DNA of 64,000 nt from Octopus vulgaris (Eukaryota): contig OX597835.1 of assembly GCA_951406725.2 (NCBI GenBank), forward strand, positions 48,670,001 to 48,734,000, in the 5' to 3' direction. The notes beneath the pieces were generated by a model, which searched no databases, had not been told where the DNA came from, and saw only the letters and a list, made by a program, of their open reading frames with translations. Shown here in pieces: positions 58,255 through 64,000 of the stretch (the stretch's first letter is position 1; each line of letters opens with the position of its first letter). The position numbers were made by a program, and so were the translations under genes.

Positions 58255-58687
58255 ATTACTACTACTACTACAGACAGATCGGAAGTAGCAGTTAGCCTAT
58301 TGCCACAAGGCAACAGTCTACTACAATTACAACCACCACAACTACAACAACAACTACGACAATAATCTTAACCACAACAATAATTTCAAATACAAATGAA
58401 ATTACAAGAACTTAGAGAACGAGATCAGCCATTACGAACCCACGAGTTAGTCCCTACATGGTGGCGCTACCTGTTAGAAATCGTCCCCAAGATTTCCTTA
58501 AGTAATACCCTACTGTTTTATGCAAATAGTATTACGTATTTAAACACTATATACACACACACACACACACACACATACATATATATATATATTTATATCA
58601 TACATATATATCATATATATATATAATATATATATATAAATATATATGTATATATATATATACATATTTATATTATATACATGTATG

Positions 58688-58737
<50 letters not shown>

Positions 58738-59229
58738 CACAGTTCTGCATAACCCCTAGAATGACTTGATGGTCACGGATGGAATTGTGAATCACTTGGG
58801 TTAAACAACATCAGCAGCAACAACAGCAAAAACAACTAGAACTACAATAACGACCACACCAACCACTAACGGGTATCAGTACAACAACAGCAACAACAAC
58901 CAACAACAACTACAACAATAACGAAAACAACAAACCTACAACAACATTAATGTTTTAAGATGCTAAAATGAAAACAGTAACTGAAGTTATTTTTATAAGA
59001 ACAAAAAAACAAAATCTAAAAATAATTTTTTTTTAAACTGGTAAAATGTCAACAAAAGTGAAATTTGAACTGAGAGCAGACGATCAAATATGGCGGTGAA
59101 AGGGGAGTAAATGAAACTGGTTTTAGGATGGCCTGCTTGTTTTATTTCCAACTTGATATGCTTTAATAAACCACTTCTCAGTGTTTGTTTTAGAAATACG
59201 CCTGTATGCTTTTTGTATGTGTATATATA

Positions 59230-59274
<45 letters not shown>

Positions 59275-59434
59275 ATGTGTGTGTGTGTGTGTGTATGAGT
59301 GTATGTACATATGTGTGTGTGTATGTAGTATACTTATATCGCATACACATATATACTCATATACATGCACATGAACGTATCTACACACAAATTATGATGG
59401 ATATAAAAATAATTAACCTCATAAATGCGTATTA

Positions 59435-59478
<44 letters not shown>

Positions 59479-59652
59479 GTATATATATATGTGTGTGTGT
59501 GTGTGTATGTATAATCTTACGTATGTATATATGTGTTTATACTTATACACAAATCATTTCCAACTGCGCCCTCGATATATAATTGATGGCAGGTGTCTAA
59601 ACAACACAAAAAGAGAAAAATTGTAGAAGACAGAAATATGTACTTCCTCTCC

Positions 59653-59694
<42 letters not shown>

Positions 59695-59816
59695 ATTTCT
59701 CTCTTTCTCCCCTTTCTCTCTCTTTCTTAATCTCTATCTATCTATCAATTTATCAATTTTTCATGTTCAAAGGAAACTTGGCGTTGTGTGCCGTAACGTT
59801 TCCCTGGATATTTTTT

Positions 59817-59851
<35 letters not shown>

Positions 59852-59877
59852 TACACACACACTTGTTTATAGATATG

Positions 59878-59909
<32 letters not shown>

Positions 59910-60142
59910 TAGATATACATGCAGACACAGAGAGAGACAGAGACCTGATTGATATAGGTATATAGACAGCATATATGTGCGTATACTCATATATACACAC
60001 ACGATGTATACGCACACACTTTTATAATATAAGTAGATAAATAGATAGATTCATAGATATTATTACCATTTTCTTCTATCCAGCGTATCAATAGCAGAAT
60101 TTATCTGAAACTGATTCTAATCTGTACCGATTCCAAGTTTAC

Positions 60143-60216
<74 letters not shown>

Positions 60217-60221
60217 ATCTG

Positions 60222-60256
<35 letters not shown>

Positions 60257-60265
60257 TTGTGTCTC

Positions 60266-60294
60266 TGTGTGTGTATGTGTGTATGGATAATTTC

Positions 60295-60345
<51 letters not shown>

Positions 60346-60382
60346 AATATATGTGTGTGTGTATGTGTGTATGGATAATTTC

Positions 60383-60422
<40 letters not shown>

Positions 60423-60468
60423 ATGTATGTAAATATATGTGTGTGTGTATGTGTGTATGGATAATTTC

Positions 60469-60506
<38 letters not shown>

Positions 60507-60570
60507 ATGTATGTAAATATATGTGTGTGTGTATGTGTGTATGGATAATTTCATATATATATGTCTATAT
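60266..60570. repeat. ~86-bp minisatellite built from microsatellite blocks, about 4 units
   Basis: The anchor GGATAATTTC recurs at ~60285, 60373, 60459 and 60543. Confidence 0.85.
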
Positions 60571-60908
60571 ACTCACACACCCATATGTTCGTATGTTCAC
60601 CACTGCCACAATCAGGACAACCACTATAACAACCACCACCATCACCATCACCATCATCAGCAACTCAGCTCACATTACCACTTCCATCCCTGTCCCCTAC
60701 CACTTTCACTACCATCACCAACACCACTATTACTACCCACCCACCAAGACTACCCCTTTATTACCGACAATACCGCCACCACCGCCATCATCATGACTAC
60801 CACCATTTCTACCACCCATGTTATTCTAGGTATCAACTACTCTTTGTCAATTTTGGTATTATACGCATTCCGACATCTACCATATTTCCTTTCTTATTGC
60901 TGTTGTTA

Positions 60909-60967
<59 letters not shown>

Positions 60968-61227
60968 TGTTATACTTGTTGTTGTTGTTTCAATTCTTGT
61001 TATTGCGGTGTTCATTTTTTTATTTTTTGTTCTTTTCTTGTTCTTGTTGACCGATTTATTTTCTTTTGTTTCTTCAGCACTTTTACAAATCATAGTCTCT
61101 ACATTTTACTAATCTTTCACTTACAGTCTTACGTCTATTGTTGGTGTTTGTTTTATAATTTTTTGTAGTGTTATTTTGTTTTGTCTTTTATTTGTTATTG
61201 AAATGTATTGTCAGCCATATTATCTGG

Positions 61228-61587
61228 CTAGTAGATTTATCGTTTAATCAACCAGCTTGTTTAGCTGAGAGACGCTCTGTTCAGTAATTTTGTCTACCTG
61301 GTAGATATATCGTTTAATCAGCCATATTGCATTGCTGGCAGACTCATTGTTTAGCTATCGATATATCTTCAATCTGGTAGACTTCTTGTTTAGACTATTG
61401 CCTCGCTGGTAGACTTTCTACTAGTCATATCCTCTACCTGGTAAACAGCTTTCTTAGTCAATTATACTGTATGGTTGGTACACCTATTTAGTCAGCTATC
61501 CTTTTTGGCTGGTAGACTCTCTATTTAGCCACCATATTGTTTAACAGGTAGACTTATTCTTAAACCACATAATTTTACTGGCTGACA
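61228..61587. repeat. Degenerate ~35-bp-period array with a conserved CTGGTAGAY motif, 11 units
   Basis: Motif variants start at 61228, 61265, 61298, 61335, 61374, 61406, 61438, 61475, 61509, 61545 and 61578. Confidence 0.7.
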
Positions 61588-61719
61588 TTCTCTGACCAAT
61601 ACATTAAAAATATCGTTCCATCCCTATATATTCAACCCTACACTAACAGATTAATGAACATCCTTCTCATTTTCTTTTTTGTATCCTTTGGAGTCTAGTC
61701 TGGCTAACTGACCAGGAGT

Positions 61720-62332
61720 ATTGTACTTAAATTTTTCCTTTCTTTGTTTATGGAATAGAGATTTTGTTATACTTGGGTATGTACATATTTTACTAATTGT
61801 TTTCTACAAGTGCTCCACCCTTATTGCAGCCCCTATTTATTCCATCTACTTCTCACTATTTTTACTCACTGTTCCCAGGGCCCCGACAATTATTGCTACT
61901 ATTACAACCATTTTCATCGACCACAACTGCTTAACCTCCCAAGCTAACCTGTCATATCTATCGACTTTTCTTTCTTTCTTATCGCATACCTTGTCAGCTA
62001 AGCATGCTATATCTATGATCCAGCATAGTTTGCTTTCTTTCCCAATTAGCACTGCGTCTAGTTTCTATCTCATGGTCGCACTAAAATCCCACAGTATCTT
62101 TGCATTATCATTTTCGATGATACCTTCGGGTTTATGTTCATACCACTTTTTTGCTCTGTCAAGTCCATACTTGTTGCAAAATGTCCAATGGACAATCCTT
62201 GCTATATTGTCATGACGTCTCTTATATTCTTTCTGATCTAGAAACGTACATTGTCTGGTAATATGCCATATGGCTTCACCATTTTGCCCACTAATTCTGC
62301 TCTTATCAATTTCTGATGTGTTGTCTATTCTG
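61720..62332 (-). mobile_element. R4/Dong-like fragment of a further family, decayed
   Basis: EYKRRHDNIARIVHW..KWYEHKPE..KILWDF and CWIIDIAC..EVKQLWSMK..IIVGALG. The 5' end abuts a (TTA)n tract. Confidence 0.85.
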
Positions 62333-62358
62333 TATTATTATTATTATTATCATCATTA

Positions 62359-62440
<82 letters not shown>

Positions 62441-62466
62441 CATCATTATTATTATCATTATTATTA

Positions 62467-62503
<37 letters not shown>

Positions 62504-62534
62504 CATTATTATTATTATCATTATTATTATCATT

Positions 62535-62635
<101 letters not shown>

Positions 62636-62839
62636 CATTATCATGGTACTGGGTAGTATTGTTGCTGTTATTATTATCATTTTTCGAGCTCTGTCTAAGG
62701 TCTTTCGTCACACATCATGTGACCTCATCAGCGACTTTCTATCCCACGTGTCTCCACTTGTTCCATTTATTTTATTTCCCAAGCAGAACAACGTCTGTTT
62801 CAACACACGGTCTCACATGAAGAATCTCGCAAAACAAAT

Positions 62840-63420
62840 ACATAGGAGTGAGTCGTAAATACAATTGTGTATAACTTTTATTTTAATCGTTGCTGCTTAC
62901 CGTTCCTTTAATGATTTCATACTAAACTTGTTGCTTTTTTCATTGTACTTTTGTTTAGGCCTAGTTCAGCATTGGTCGAGTTGGTGATACTCAAGCTCAA
63001 ACCATCTGCAAGATTCAGTTGCCCTTTGGCGATGATGCTATGCTCAAAACCCAGATTAAGGAGTTGTACAACCGCTTCAAACATGGCCGCACCTCAGTGA
63101 GGAGCGAGGCACGTTCAGGCAGGCCATACGCAAGCCGAAACGAGGGACCGATTGAGAAGATTCGGTGAATGGTCAAGGAAGACCGTCGTGTAACAATCTA
63201 GGAAATTGCTCACGAAGTGGGAAAAAGCACAGGATCTGTGCATTTCCTTTTAGCGGAGGATTTGTGCATGCAGAGGGTGACGGCGAAAACCCTAAAGTGC
63301 TGGCGGAGTAGCAGAAGCAACTCAGCATGGAAGGTGGTCAAGGATGCTGGTCTGTGCAAATCACGACCCACACTCCAAGAAGACCGTCATCACTGGTGAT
63401 GACACTTAGGTTTATGCTCT
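62840..63420 (+). mobile_element. Mariner-like transposase 5' remnant
   Basis: QIKELYNRFKHGRTSVRSEARSGRP and VITGDDT (first catalytic D, TGDE motif). Confidence 0.75.
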
Positions 63421-63454
63421 CTACTTGATGCGTTCTGTCATCTTGCATGAAAAC

Positions 63455-63750
63455 GAAAATCTCTCCCTTTGTCTCTCTCTCTCTTTGTCTCTCTCTTTCT
63501 CTCTCTCCCTCTTTCTTTCTCTCTCTCCCTTTCTTACTCATTCTCTCTCTCTCCCCCTTCCTCTCTCTCTCCATCTCTCTCTCCCCTCTCTCTCTCTCTC
63601 ACTAATATATATTTACTCTGTCGTTCTCCATGCCTGAATCTCTGATTCTATCCTTCATGTTCACTCTCACTTTCTTTGGGCCTAAACTACACACCTTATG
63701 TTTCCTTCTTTCCTGCTTTCCCTCTCTCTCCGCTTCTGTCTCTCTCTATA

Positions 63751-63807
<57 letters not shown>

Positions 63808-64000
63808 CTATCTGTCTATCTATCTATCTATCTCTTTCTGGCTCTTTTTCTTTCCTTCTCTCGCGCTTTCTTTCTTTCTCGCTTTCTTCCACCCCACCCT
63901 CTCTCTCTCTCTCTCTTTCACACCTTATTTGTCACATACACAAGTACAGCGACCACGCACACACCCTCTCTCTGCCACCCCTCTCTCTCTCTTCCTCCTA
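63455..64000. repeat. CT-rich low complexity and (TCTA)n
   Basis: Direct reading. Confidence 0.9.

Noticed and set aside
61228-61587. CRISPR-like repeat-spacer periodicity
   Set aside because: The conserved part is only 8-10 bp and degenerate, the spacers resemble each other, there are no cas genes and the context is eukaryotic.

Overview
Eukaryotic, AT-rich, microsatellite-saturated non-coding DNA (intron or intergenic). The SINE families and repeat style suggest a coleoid cephalopod (Octopus-like), but this is inference from pattern recognition only. I find no supportable host gene: almost all long ORFs in the track are translations of simple repeats. The real coding signal is transposon-derived. 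It comprises ten fragments of R4/Dong-clade non-LTR retrotransposons (RT, CCHC knuckle, PD..D restriction-like endonuclease) from about six families sitting in (TAA)n tracts, one Tx1/L1-clade 3' fragment next to a (GATA)n tract, three mariner remnants and a Penelope-like GIY-YIG remnant. At least four tRNA-derived SINE families are also present. The most notable signal is a set of hammerhead-ribozyme-like motifs near (TA)n tracts. Two diverged copies (52888-52996 +, 56032-56140 -) share an unusual CCGANGA core, a palindromic stem III and a ~80-nt stem II. Their stem sequences differ but still pair, and both carry an identical 11-mer in the stem II insert. Also notable are an internally deleted Dong copy with a structured 5' leader, a non-coding element that uses the Dong (TAA)n niche, two long inverted repeats and a ~35-bp-period motif array. 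All folds were paired by eye and all coordinates were counted by hand.
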